From: Candidatus Latescibacterota bacterium
Lineage (GTDB): Bacteria; Latescibacterota; UBA2968; UBA8231
NCBI GenBank assembly: GCA_965217585.1
Contig: OZ244561.1
Coordinates: 6,688,001-6,752,000, forward strand
Direction of reading: 5' to 3'
DNA: 64,000 nt
Shown: positions 29,304 through 38,379 of the stretch, one piece after another
How positions within the stretch are numbered: the stretch's first letter is position 1
Layout: each line of letters opens with the position of its first letter
Translations under genes and position numbers: made by a program
Notes under the pieces: generated by a model
Told to the model about the DNA's origin: nothing
The model's input: only the letters and a program-made list of their open reading frames with translations
Database searches by the model: none

Positions 29304-30069
29304 TGGATTCCCAGCGGCGTAGTTCGGCGACTAGCCCATCGCCGATTGCGGCGAAAAGGGGATCGGGCGCGGCCCGTCCTTCATCTCCGCTCTGGCGGAT
29401 TGCAGCCGAGAGGGGCAGCGCACCCAAGAAGGGCAACCCCAACCGCTCCGCGGCCGCGGCCCCCCCGCCGCACCCGAAGATCTCGTGGCGCTGGCCGCAT
29501 TGGCTGCACAGGTAGTAACTCATGTTTTCGACTATCCCGAGAATATCCACCTCGACCTTGGAAAACATGGCGATGCCCCGCTCCACATCCTCCAGCGCCA
29601 CGCTCTGTGGAGTAGTCACGATCAAGGCACCGGACAGGGCTACGGCCTGGCTCAAGGTAAGTGGCACATCTCCGGTGCCGGGCGGCAGATCGATCAACAA
29701 ATAGTCGAGTGGCCCCCACTCTACTTGGTTCAAAAACTGCTGCAACGCCCGCGCCAAGAGCGGCCCCCGCCACACCACGGGCGCGTCCTCGCCCGCGATA
29801 AAACCAATCGACATCAGGGCAACTCCGGCCTTGTACACCGGGCGCATAGTGCCCTCCAGCCCGGTAGCGGGCTGCTGCCTAATACCCATCATCAAGGGAA
29901 TGCTTGGGCCGTAGATGTCGGCGTCGAGCAGGCCGACGCGGGCCCCTTGGGCCGCCAGACTCACGGCCAAGTTGATACTTACAGTTGATTTGCCCACGCC
30001 GCCCTTGGCGCTGGCAATGGCGACAGTATGACGCACTTGGGCTAAGGGGCCGGTTTGGGGAACGGACAA
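29296..30069 (-). CDS. mrp: Mrp/NBP35 (ApbC) Fe-S carrier ATPase
   Basis: KGGVGKST, DADIYGPS, DLPPGTGD, ENMS..C..C. Confidence 0.95.
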   Translation of the reverse strand: MSVPQTGPLAQVRHTVAIASAKGGVGKSTVSINLAVSLAAQGARVGLLDADIYGPSIPLMMGIRQQPATGLEGTMRPVYKAGVALMSIGFIAGEDAPVVWRGPLLARALQQFLNQVEWGPLDYLLIDLPPGTGDVPLTLSQAVALSGALIVTTPQSVALEDVERGIAMFSKVEVDILGIVENMSYYLCSQCGQRHEIFGCGGGAAAAERLGLPFLGALPLSAAIRQSGDEGRAAPDPLFAAIGDGLVAELRRWESSE

Positions 30070-30081
30070 GTGTACCTGCTC

Positions 30082-31224
30082 TTAGGACCGGAAAGCCTTG
30101 CGCATTTTGGCAAAGAAGCTTTCGCCTTCTTTGGCGACGCGCTCTTGTTCGAGCTCGGCTAGCTCGACGAAAAGTTCGCGCTCTCGTCGGCTGAGGCCCT
30201 CGGGAGTCCACAAGACGACCTCGACTAGCTGGTCGCCGACACCGCGGCCGTTGACGTCCGGGATGCCCCGGCCGCCCATGCGGAAGACGCGCCCGGATTG
30301 GGTGCCTGCGGGTATCTTCAACATGGCCTTGCCGGACAAGGTCGGGACTTCTACCTCTGTGCCTAGTGCGGCTTGGCCAAAACCCAAGGGCAATTGGTAG
30401 ATAACGTGGTTGCCATCGCGGATGAAATAGTCGTGCTCTTTTTCCTCTATAAAGACCAAGCAATCCCCGGCCGGCCCACCGCGCGGCCCGACTTCGCCTT
30501 GGCCGCGCAATGGAATGTAGTTGCCCTCTTGGACGCCGGCGGGAATCCGCACCGTCAGGGTCGTTTGGCCGCGCTCGCGGCCCTCGCCCCGGCACTCTGG
30601 ACAGGGATTGGATACAATGTGGCCCTCCCCGTGGCAGGTCGGACACGTCACCACAGTCATCGACGGCCCAAAGAGGGTGCGTGCCATCTGTTGCACTTGG
30701 CCCCGCCCACCGCAAGTGCCGCAGGCCTTGCGGCCCGCTCCACTGGCCGCGCCGGTCCCTTCGCAGCTTTTGCAGCGCTGCAAGCGCGTCAGGGCGATGT
30801 TCTTTTCCACGCCCGTGGCGATTTCCTCTAAGGTCAAGGCCACTTTGATCTTCAAATCGCGGCCTTTCGTCCCCCTCACCGACCCTCGCGACCGCCGACC
30901 CCCACCGAAGAAACTCTCGAAAATATCGCCGAAAATGTCTTGAAAATCGCCAGCGTGCGAAAAGTCCGACCACTGAAAGCCACCGCTGCTGAAATTGCCC
31001 TCAATGCCAGCGTGGCCAAAGCGATCGTACGCGGCCTTCTTCTCTGGATCCGAAAGCACCTCGTATGCTTCGGATGCCTCCTTGAATTGCTCCTCGGCCG
31101 CTGTGTCTCCGGGATTGCGATCAGGATGGTACTTCAGCGCCTTCTTGCGGTAGGCCCCTTTGATCGCTCTTTCGCTGGCGTCTCGCTCGACGCCCAGTAC
31201 CTCGTAGTAGTCCCTTTTGGACAT
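30082..31224 (-). CDS. dnaJ: Chaperone DnaJ
   Basis: HPD motif; four CxxCxGxG repeats. Confidence 0.98.
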   Translation of the reverse strand: MSKRDYYEVLGVERDASERAIKGAYRKKALKYHPDRNPGDTAAEEQFKEASEAYEVLSDPEKKAAYDRFGHAGIEGNFSSGGFQWSDFSHAGDFQDIFGDIFESFFGGGRRSRGSVRGTKGRDLKIKVALTLEEIATGVEKNIALTRLQRCKSCEGTGAASGAGRKACGTCGGRGQVQQMARTLFGPSMTVVTCPTCHGEGHIVSNPCPECRGEGRERGQTTLTVRIPAGVQEGNYIPLRGQGEVGPRGGPAGDCLVFIEEKEHDYFIRDGNHVIYQLPLGFGQAALGTEVEVPTLSGKAMLKIPAGTQSGRVFRMGGRGIPDVNGRGVGDQLVEVVLWTPEGLSRRERELFVELAELEQERVAKEGESFFAKMRKAFRS

Positions 31225-31232
31225 TCGGTTCC

Positions 31233-31859
31233 TCAGTTCTCCGCGCTCGCCTTGCTGACGACGACGCGCGCGTAACGGACCACCTTGTCATTGAGTTTGT
31301 AGCCCTTCTCCATCTCCTCAATGACCGTGCCCGGGGGGTACTCACCGTCTGGGACTTCGGCTAGAGCCTCGTGGACTTGGGGATCAAAGGGCTGCCCCAC
31401 CGCCTCGATTTCGGCTAGCCCATAGCCTTTGAGAACGTCGTTGAATTGGCCGCAAATCAACTCGACGCCCTGCTTAAGTGAATCGACTTCTTGGGTCTCC
31501 TGACGAAGGGCGCGGCGCAAGTTGTCCAAGACGGGCGCGACTTGCAGCAAGACATCGCGCAAGGTCTCATCCCGCGCTTCCGTGCGCATCCGCACCGTGC
31601 GCTTGCGGTAGTTATCCAACTCGGCGACCGCCCGCACATAGCGGTCGTAATTAGCCGCCACCTCGGCGCGAGCAGCCTCGAGCTCGGCCAGCCCATCGGC
31701 CTCAGACTCTGCCGCTTCTTCCTCCTGCGGCTCCGCTGCTTTCTGTGATTCCGCCGCTACTACTTCCTGCGACTCCGCCGCTTCCTCCTGCGGTTCGACG
31801 ACACCCTCCGCGCTCGCCTCGTCCACTGCGACGCGGTCCTGAGTTTCGCGCTCGCTCAT
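31233..31859 (-). CDS. grpE: Nucleotide exchange factor GrpE
   Basis: AELDNYRKR, FDPQVHEA, KGYKL...R.A.VVV. Confidence 0.96.
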   Translation of the reverse strand: MSERETQDRVAVDEASAEGVVEPQEEAAESQEVVAAESQKAAEPQEEEAAESEADGLAELEAARAEVAANYDRYVRAVAELDNYRKRTVRMRTEARDETLRDVLLQVAPVLDNLRRALRQETQEVDSLKQGVELICGQFNDVLKGYGLAEIEAVGQPFDPQVHEALAEVPDGEYPPGTVIEEMEKGYKLNDKVVRYARVVVSKASAEN

Positions 31860-31906
31860 CGACGCTCCTTACTCTTATTTGTGAATTAGATTGGGACAAA
31901 AACCCG

Positions 31907-32941
31907 TTAGCAGATCAGATTCGCCGCTCGGGAGGCCGCGCAATTGACCAAGTTCACCAAGGGCCTGTAAGGCATGCGCGTCGGGCCGATCACGCCGATC
32001 ACGCCGATCACGCCTTTGGCCCCGGCGACCTCGTAGCTGGCCGTCACCATGCTGCACCGCCCCATCGCCCGCGGCCGGTGATCGGAACCAATGGTGATGA
32101 CCACGCCACGCCGCTCGCTCATAAGCTGGGCGAGGATGTCCTTTTTCTCTACCAAATCGACCAAACCGGCCACTTGGCTCGGATCGTCAAATTCGGGCTT
32201 TAGGCAGAGATTGCGGGTCCCCGAGACGTGGAGATCGACACCGCGAGTGGTGGCCAAGCCTTCGATCTGCCGCACGACGGCCTCCACAACCGGCCGCGGG
32301 ATTGGCCCTAATTCGGCCATTCGCTCCTCGACCGCGTTTTGGATTTCAGCCATCGTCAACCCGTGTAAGCGCTCGTTAAAAAGCCGGCTCAGCGCCTCTA
32401 ACTCGCGCTGCGACACCGCACAATCTACTTCGACCATCAAGCTCTTTGTCAGGCCTCCACGAATCGTGACGACGAGCAACAGGCGACGCTCCCCCAAGTG
32501 CCAAAGCTCCAGCTTGTGAAAGATGCCCTGATTAAAGCGCGGAGCCAAAACCAACCCGAGTTGGTTCGATAGATCGCCGATGGTCCGCGCCAGTTGATGC
32601 AGGATCTCCTCGTAATTACCCTCCTGTTGTGCGGCCTCCATCTGCTGCCGCAGGGCCATCCCGACTGAGTCCAAGCCATGGTCTGCCGTCGTCATGCAGC
32701 GCTGCACGTAGAATCGGTAGCCCTTTTCAGAGGGAATGCGGCCCGCCGAAACATGGGGCTGGGATACGTAGCCCTTTTCCTCTAGGCAGGCCAAAGTGTT
32801 GCGTATGGTAGCCGAACTGACGCCCAGATCCTCGTGCTGGCTCAACGTCTGCGAGCCAACCGGGACGCCGTGGGCAACGTGGACTTTGACCAAAGCAAGG
32901 AGAACTTGGATTTCGCGTTTGGATAGTGGGATAGTGGCCAT
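31907..32941 (-). CDS. hrcA: Heat-inducible transcription repressor HrcA
   Basis: PVGS, SSATIRN, QPHVSAGRIPS, GPTRM. Confidence 0.95.
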   Translation of the reverse strand: MATIPLSKREIQVLLALVKVHVAHGVPVGSQTLSQHEDLGVSSATIRNTLACLEEKGYVSQPHVSAGRIPSEKGYRFYVQRCMTTADHGLDSVGMALRQQMEAAQQEGNYEEILHQLARTIGDLSNQLGLVLAPRFNQGIFHKLELWHLGERRLLLVVTIRGGLTKSLMVEVDCAVSQRELEALSRLFNERLHGLTMAEIQNAVEERMAELGPIPRPVVEAVVRQIEGLATTRGVDLHVSGTRNLCLKPEFDDPSQVAGLVDLVEKKDILAQLMSERRGVVITIGSDHRPRAMGRCSMVTASYEVAGAKGVIGVIGVIGPTRMPYRPLVNLVNCAASRAANLIC

Positions 32942-32995
32942 GGCCGAGAAGCATCTCAAGCGGCATAAACGCCAGATAAATACTGACTTTGAGAT

Positions 32996-33071
32996 ATAAT
33001 AAAAGCCGCCGATTGCTTGTCAAGGCTCGCTTCCCGGCCTTCTTGACAGCCAATTTACAGGATCGTACTAT
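32996..33071. promoter_or_regulatory. Divergent sigma70-like promoters for hrcA (-) and glnA (+)
   Basis: Minus: TTGACA(33023-33018)-N16-TATTAT; plus: TTGACA(33043)-N17-TACTAT(33066). Confidence 0.6.
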
Positions 33072-33133
33072 TAAACCTTCATTTTTGTCTCAAACCACCC
33101 TAAAGCACTATTCGACGCGAGAAAGGAATTCTC

Positions 33134-34609
33134 ATGGCCAAAGCCAAGGCTAAAGCCAAAACGAAAGCCAAAGCTAAAACGAAGTCATCCGGGCCTAGCG
33201 CGGTAGAGTCTGCGCTGGCCCTAGCACGCGACCAACAAGCACAGATGGTCGATTTCAAGTTCGTCGATCTGCCCGGCACTTGGCAGCATTTTACCATGCC
33301 CATTGCCGACTTGGAACCCGACCTGTTTGACGACGGCCTCGGCTTCGACGGCTCCTCCATTCGCGGATGGAAGGCCATTGACGAATCCGACATGCTCGTC
33401 GTGCCCGATCCGACCACCGCCGTCATGGATCCGTTCACCGAGGTGCCCACCCTGTCGCTGGTTTGCTCGATTGAAGACCCCATCACCCGCCAGCCCTATG
33501 CCCGCGATCCCCGTGGCGTCGCCCAGCGTGCCCAAGCCTACTTGCTGCGCACCCAGCTGGCCGACACGGCCTTCTTCGGGCCGGAAGCGGAGTTTTTCAT
33601 CTTCGACAACATCCAGTTCGACCAGCAAGCCCATCAAGCCTTCTATGCGATTGACTCAGCCGAAGGCCGCTGGAACAGCGGTGCCGACGAAGGGCCCAAC
33701 CTCGGCTACAAGCCCGACTACAAGGGCGGCTACTTCCCCGTCCCTCCCACCGACTCCCTGCAAGACATCCGCACTGAGATGGTGCAGACGATGCTCGACT
33801 GCGGCATCGACGTGGAGATTCACCACCACGAGGTGGGCACCGCCGGCCAAGGCGAGATCGACATCCGCTTTTGTCCGCTGCTTATTTGCGGCGACCGGAT
33901 GATGATGTATAAATACATCGTCAAGAATGTGGCTCATCAGCATGGCAAGACCGCCACGTTCATGCCCAAGCCGCTGTTTGAGGACAACGGCACCGGCATG
34001 CACACTCACCAGAGCCTGTGGCAGGGCGACCAGCCGCTGTTTGCCGGCAGTGGCTACGCCGGCCTCAGCCAGATGGCCTTGCACTACATCGGCGGGCTGT
34101 TGCACCACGCACCGGCGCTGTTGGCATTCACTAATCCAACGACCAACTCCTACAAGCGGCTGGTGCCCGGCTACGAGGCCCCGGTCAACTTGGCTTACTC
34201 CCAGCGCAACCGCAGTGCCTCGGTGCGCATCCCGATGTATTCACCCAGTCCTAAGAGCAAGCGGGTGGAGTTCCGCTGCCCCGACCCGTCGTGCAACATC
34301 TACTTGGCGCTGTCGGCGATGCTGATGGCGGGGTTGGACGGGATCGAGCAGCAGATGGATCCGGGTGAGCCGTTGGACAAGAATCTGTATGATCTGTCGG
34401 CGGAGGAGCGGGCGGGGGTGCCGCAGACAGCCGGCTCGTTGGAGGCGTCGTTGGATCACTTGGAGCAGGATCGGGACTTTCTGTTGCAGGGGGATGTGTT
34501 CTCCGACGACCTGATCGACGCGTGGATCGACTACAAGCACACCGAGGAGGTCGATGCCATCCGCTTGCGGCCCCATCCCTATGAGTTCGCCCTCTACTAC
34601 GACATCTAA
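33134..34609 (+). CDS. glnA: Glutamine synthetase type I
   Basis: [32 protein letters not shown] adenylylation site. Confidence 0.98.
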   Translation: MAKAKAKAKTKAKAKTKSSGPSAVESALALARDQQAQMVDFKFVDLPGTWQHFTMPIADLEPDLFDDGLGFDGSSIRGWKAIDESDMLVVPDPTTAVMDPFTEVPTLSLVCSIEDPITRQPYARDPRGVAQRAQAYLLRTQLADTAFFGPEAEFFIFDNIQFDQQAHQAFYAIDSAEGRWNSGADEGPNLGYKPDYKGGYFPVPPTDSLQDIRTEMVQTMLDCGIDVEIHHHEVGTAGQGEIDIRFCPLLICGDRMMMYKYIVKNVAHQHGKTATFMPKPLFEDNGTGMHTHQSLWQGDQPLFAGSGYAGLSQMALHYIGGLLHHAPALLAFTNPTTNSYKRLVPGYEAPVNLAYSQRNRSASVRIPMYSPSPKSKRVEFRCPDPSCNIYLALSAMLMAGLDGIEQQMDPGEPLDKNLYDLSAEERAGVPQTAGSLEASLDHLEQDRDFLLQGDVFSDDLIDAWIDYKHTEEVDAIRLRPHPYEFALYYDI

Positions 34610-34635
34610 ACAACTGCTAACTACGGGTACTCACG

Positions 34636-34672
34636 GCAAGGGAAGATTTCCACTGGGGGAATCTTCCCTTGC
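34636..34672. terminator. Stem-loop after glnA
   Basis: GCAAGGGAAGATT...AATCTTCCCTTGC with 13-bp perfect arms. Confidence 0.65.
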
Positions 34673-34699
34673 TCTATATACACCCTACGGCCACACCTC

Positions 34700-35605
34700 G
34701 TGAAACTCGTCATCGGCAGCCGCGGCAGCCAACTCGCCCTCGTCCAAGCCCATGAGGTCCGCAACCGCTTGCTAGCGCTGCACGACGGGCTGGACATTGA
34801 GATTTCAATCATCCGCACCACCGGCGACGCGGCGACGGGTTCGCTGCGCAGCTTGGGGGGCGCGGGTGTTTTTACCAAGGCCCTCGAATGCGCCCTGCTA
34901 GCCGAGCACATTGACTTAGCGGTCCACAGCCTGAAAGACCTGCCGACCCAGATGGACTCCGGCCTCGCTCTCGTCGCCACGCCCGAGCGCGAAGATGTGC
35001 GCGACGCTCTCGTCGGCCCCGGCATATCCTCGCTGGCCGATTTGCCGGACGGCGCGCGGGTGGGCACAGGCAGTCTGCGCCGCCGCGCCCAACTCAAGGC
35101 CCTGCGACCCGACTTAAACATTATAGATATCCGCGGCAACCTAGATACCCGCATCGACAAGGCCATGCGCGGCGAGTGCGATGCCGTCGTCCTGGCCGTT
35201 GCCGGACTCAACCGCCTCGGCTGGCAGGAGCGCATTGGCTGCTATCTGCCCCTGCATCAGGTACTGCCCGCGCCCGGCCAAGGCGCTTTAGGGCTGCAAA
35301 TGCGCGCCGATCATCCTGCGCGTGCCGCTGTCGCAGCTCTCAACCACGCCCCGACCTTGGCCTCGGTGCAAGCCGAGCGCCACCTACTACACACCCTGCG
35401 CGCCGGGTGCCACGCACCCGTCGGTACTTGGGGCCGCATCGAGGGCGACCTCCTCGCACTCGACGGCTTGGTGGGCCATCCCGAAGGCACCCAGTTGCTG
35501 CGCGCCGAACAGCGCGCACCCCGTGCCTGTGCCGAATCCCTAGGTGCATCCCTTGCAGACGCCCTGCGCACCCAAGGCGCCGATGCCCTCTTGCAGATGC
35601 CCTGA
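34700..35605 (+). CDS. hemC: Porphobilinogen deaminase
   Basis: GSRGSQLAL.Q, VHSLKD, GTGSLRR, RGN, GC cofactor Cys. Confidence 0.97.
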   Translation: MKLVIGSRGSQLALVQAHEVRNRLLALHDGLDIEISIIRTTGDAATGSLRSLGGAGVFTKALECALLAEHIDLAVHSLKDLPTQMDSGLALVATPEREDVRDALVGPGISSLADLPDGARVGTGSLRRRAQLKALRPDLNIIDIRGNLDTRIDKAMRGECDAVVLAVAGLNRLGWQERIGCYLPLHQVLPAPGQGALGLQMRADHPARAAVAALNHAPTLASVQAERHLLHTLRAGCHAPVGTWGRIEGDLLALDGLVGHPEGTQLLRAEQRAPRACAESLGASLADALRTQGADALLQMP

Positions 35606-37134
35606 TGTCCGCTGAATACGCCACTCCAGGTACCGTGTACATCGTCGGGGCTGGTCCCGGCGACCCCGGTCTGCTGACCCTCAAGGGCCTGCGTTACCTG
35701 CGCGAGGCCGGCGTCGTCCTCTACGACGACCTCCTCGACAGCCGCTTGCTCGACCTAGTACCCAACACATGCGAGCAAATTGCGGTCGGCAAACGCGGTG
35801 GCCGCAAAAGCCCCTCCCAAGACGCGATCCATGCGCTCCTCGTCGATCGCGCCCGCCAAGGCCATGTCGTCGTCCGCCTCAAAGGCGGCGATCCGTTCAT
35901 CTTCGGCCGCGGCGGCGAAGAGGCCCTGCACCTGCGTCAGGCCGGCATCCCCTTTGAAATCGTCTCTGGCGTCTCTGCGGCCTCTGGCGTCTTGGCCTAC
36001 GCGGGCATCCCCCTGACTCATCGCGGCACGGCCTCGGCCGCGCTGCTAGTCACCGGCAACGAAGATCCGGCTAAGCCCGACGCGACCATCGACTGGGATC
36101 AACTAGCGGCCTTTGACGGCACCCTCGTCATCTTCATGGCCGTCCGCAAGCTCGCCAGTATATGCCAGCATCTCGTCGCTCGAGGTCGGCCGGCCTCGAC
36201 GCCGGCTGCAGCCATTGAATGGGGCACTTGGCCCGACCAGCGCACGGTCGTCGCCGATCTCCAACACCTGCCAGCCCGCGCCGTTGCCCAGCAAATCCGC
36301 TCGCCAGCCCTCATCGCAGTCGGCCCAGTCGTCGCGCTGCGCCAAGAGCTCAACTGGTTTGAGAGCAAGCCGCTCTTTGGCCGCCGCCTGCTCGTCACCC
36401 GCAGCCGCGAACAGGCCGGTCCCCTCCAGCAGCGCCTCGAAGCCGAAGGGGCGGCCGTATCGACGCTGCCCCTCCTGCACATCGGCCCACCCGACGACTG
36501 GACGGCTGTGGATGCGGCCCAAGACCGGCTCGGAAACGCTGCTTGGGTCGTCTTCACCAGCCCCAACAGCGTGTCCTTTTTCTGTGACCGGCTCTACCAG
36601 CGCGGCCTCGACGCCCGGGCCTTTGCCCACACGCGCATCGCGGCCGTCGGCTTGGCTACGGCCGCGGCGCTGCGCCAACAGGGCTTAGTTGCCGACCTCG
36701 TGCCCCCGAGCCAATCACAGGCTGCGCTAGCGAGGGCCTTTGCCGCATTCGATGTGGCCGGCCAAGAGATCCTCTTACCGGCCTCTTCCATTGGGCGCAC
36801 CGAACTCGCCGATACCCTCGAGGCACGCGGTGCCCAAGTTTATCACCTAACGACGTACGTAAATCGCCTGCCGGACCAGGTCGAGCTCCCCACTGCGCTG
36901 GCCGAGAACAAACTCGACCTCATCGTCTTTGCCAGCCCCTCCAGCGTCCACAATTTTCATCAGGTTCTAGGATCAGAACGCGCGGAGGCCGTATTGGCCC
37001 GCACCCACATCGCCTGCATTGGTCCCACCACGGCTGCAGCCGTGCGCCAACTGGGGTTTGCCGTTCACGTGCAGCCCCGCGAAAGCAGTATCCCCTCGCT
37101 CGTCCAAGCTATCATCGCCTTCTACGCCCCGTGA
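35605..37134 (+). CDS. cobA: Uroporphyrinogen-III C-methyltransferase / synthase fusion (CobA-HemD)
   Basis: VGAGPGDPGLLT, RLKGGDPFIFGRGGEE followed by LVTR..Q, FTSPNSV, FASPSSV, IGPTT; ATG 35605 overlaps the hemC stop. Confidence 0.93.
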   Translation: MSAEYATPGTVYIVGAGPGDPGLLTLKGLRYLREAGVVLYDDLLDSRLLDLVPNTCEQIAVGKRGGRKSPSQDAIHALLVDRARQGHVVVRLKGGDPFIFGRGGEEALHLRQAGIPFEIVSGVSAASGVLAYAGIPLTHRGTASAALLVTGNEDPAKPDATIDWDQLAAFDGTLVIFMAVRKLASICQHLVARGRPASTPAAAIEWGTWPDQRTVVADLQHLPARAVAQQIRSPALIAVGPVVALRQELNWFESKPLFGRRLLVTRSREQAGPLQQRLEAEGAAVSTLPLLHIGPPDDWTAVDAAQDRLGNAAWVVFTSPNSVSFFCDRLYQRGLDARAFAHTRIAAVGLATAAALRQQGLVADLVPPSQSQAALARAFAAFDVAGQEILLPASSIGRTELADTLEARGAQVYHLTTYVNRLPDQVELPTALAENKLDLIVFASPSSVHNFHQVLGSERAEAVLARTHIACIGPTTAAAVRQLGFAVHVQPRESSIPSLVQAIIAFYAP

Positions 37135-38144
37135 AAACCTATCCAGCCGGCAAGCTGCCTCCCGCTGAATTAGGCCGTCTGCTCGCTGCCTATACCCACC
37201 GCCACGAACGCCTGCTCGTGCCGCCGACCGTAGGCGAGGACGCGGCGGTCATCGACTGCGGCGACCGCTTGCTAGTGGCCAAGACCGACCCCATCACCTT
37301 TGCCAGCGACGAGATTGGCTGGTACGCAGTCCACGTCAATGCCAACGACATTGCCGTCATGGGAGCGACGCCCCGCTTCTTTCTCAGCACCATCCTCCTC
37401 CCCGAAGAACGCGCCACGCCCGAGTTGGCGGAATCCATTTTCCGCTCCATCCACCAAGCCGCCGACAGCTTGGGCATCGCCGTCTGCGGCGGCCACACGG
37501 AGGTGACCTACGGACTCGACCGTCCCTTAGTCATCGGCCAGATGCTCGGGGAAACCACGCGCGACCGCTTGGTGCGCTCCTCGGGCTTGCGGCCCGGCCA
37601 CGCCCTGCTCCTGACCAAAGGCTTGGGCATTGAAGCCACCGCCATCATCGCCCGCGAAAAACGCGCGCAACTACGAGATCGCGGCTGTACGCCCACCTTT
37701 TTGGACGCCTGCGCCGACTTCCTCCACACGCCCGGCATCAGCGTCGTGCGCGATGCCCAAGTCGCCGTCCAAGCCGGACGAGTTACCGCCATGCACGATC
37801 CGACTGAAGGCGGAGTCGCCACGGGGCTGTGGGAATTGGCCACCGCATCTGCCGTAGGCGCAGAAATTGACTACCACGCATTGCCCATCGATTCAGCCAC
37901 AGCGCGCCTCTGCGCGGCCTTTGAACTCGATCCCCTCGGAGTGATTTCTTCGGGTGCGCTACTGATCGGCTGCACGACTAATTCCGCCGACGCTATACTC
38001 GCGGCCCTACACGACGCCAACATAGCCGCAGCCCACATCGGTACGGTCCGTCCACCTTCCTTTGGGCTTCAGCTACGCCGCGACGGCCACCTGACACCAT
38101 TGCCCACTTTCCCGGTGGACGAAATAGCGCCCCTCTTTGCCTAA
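37131..38144 (+). CDS. AIR synthase-related (PurM/HypE-like) protein
   Basis: GEDAAVI, TDPIT, NANDIA, GGHTE, MHDPTEGG. Confidence 0.88.
   Translation: MKTYPAGKLPPAELGRLLAAYTHRHERLLVPPTVGEDAAVIDCGDRLLVAKTDPITFASDEIGWYAVHVNANDIAVMGATPRFFLSTILLPEERATPELAESIFRSIHQAADSLGIAVCGGHTEVTYGLDRPLVIGQMLGETTRDRLVRSSGLRPGHALLLTKGLGIEATAIIAREKRAQLRDRGCTPTFLDACADFLHTPGISVVRDAQVAVQAGRVTAMHDPTEGGVATGLWELATASAVGAEIDYHALPIDSATARLCAAFELDPLGVISSGALLIGCTTNSADAILAALHDANIAAAHIGTVRPPSFGLQLRRDGHLTPLPTFPVDEIAPLFA
38053..38144 (+). repeat. Left 92-bp direct repeat (3' end of the AIR synthase-like gene)
   Basis: Aligns without gaps to 43739-43830 with 10 mismatches (manual count). Confidence 0.95.
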
Positions 38145-38167
38145 AGTCACGGCATGGCTATCATTAT

Positions 38168-38278
38168 GTGCGTATCGTCGTAGACACCAACCTGCCCGAT
38201 GGCACGATCAGGCACCATGCCTTCCATAGCTACACCATGAAGCAGGCGATCCAGGCGAAAATCGCTGGTGGGACTTGA
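38168..38278 (+). pseudogene. Chimeric remnant: PIN-toxin start joined to an internal type I HsdR fragment
   Basis: VRIVVDTN (PIN N-terminus) + LPDGTIRHHAFHSYTMKQAIQ (HsdR motif HxY[ST]MKQAI). Confidence 0.6.
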
Positions 38279-38379
38279 AGATATCAGGCCCATCCCTTAG
38301 TTTGCCACCGCCTTCATTTTTGAATCACCTTTCAACTGCCCGCGACATCACTTCAACGATGTTCCCTCGGAGGGTTCCT

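Noticed and set aside
35176-35604. N-terminal extension of the 652-aa ORF
   Set aside because: Overlaps hemC out of frame; the real CobA-HemD starts at ATG 35605
37131-38144. Selenophosphate synthetase SelD
   Set aside because: Same superfamily but lacks the N-terminal (C/U)xxK and DFF motifs; matches generic AIR synthase-related proteins
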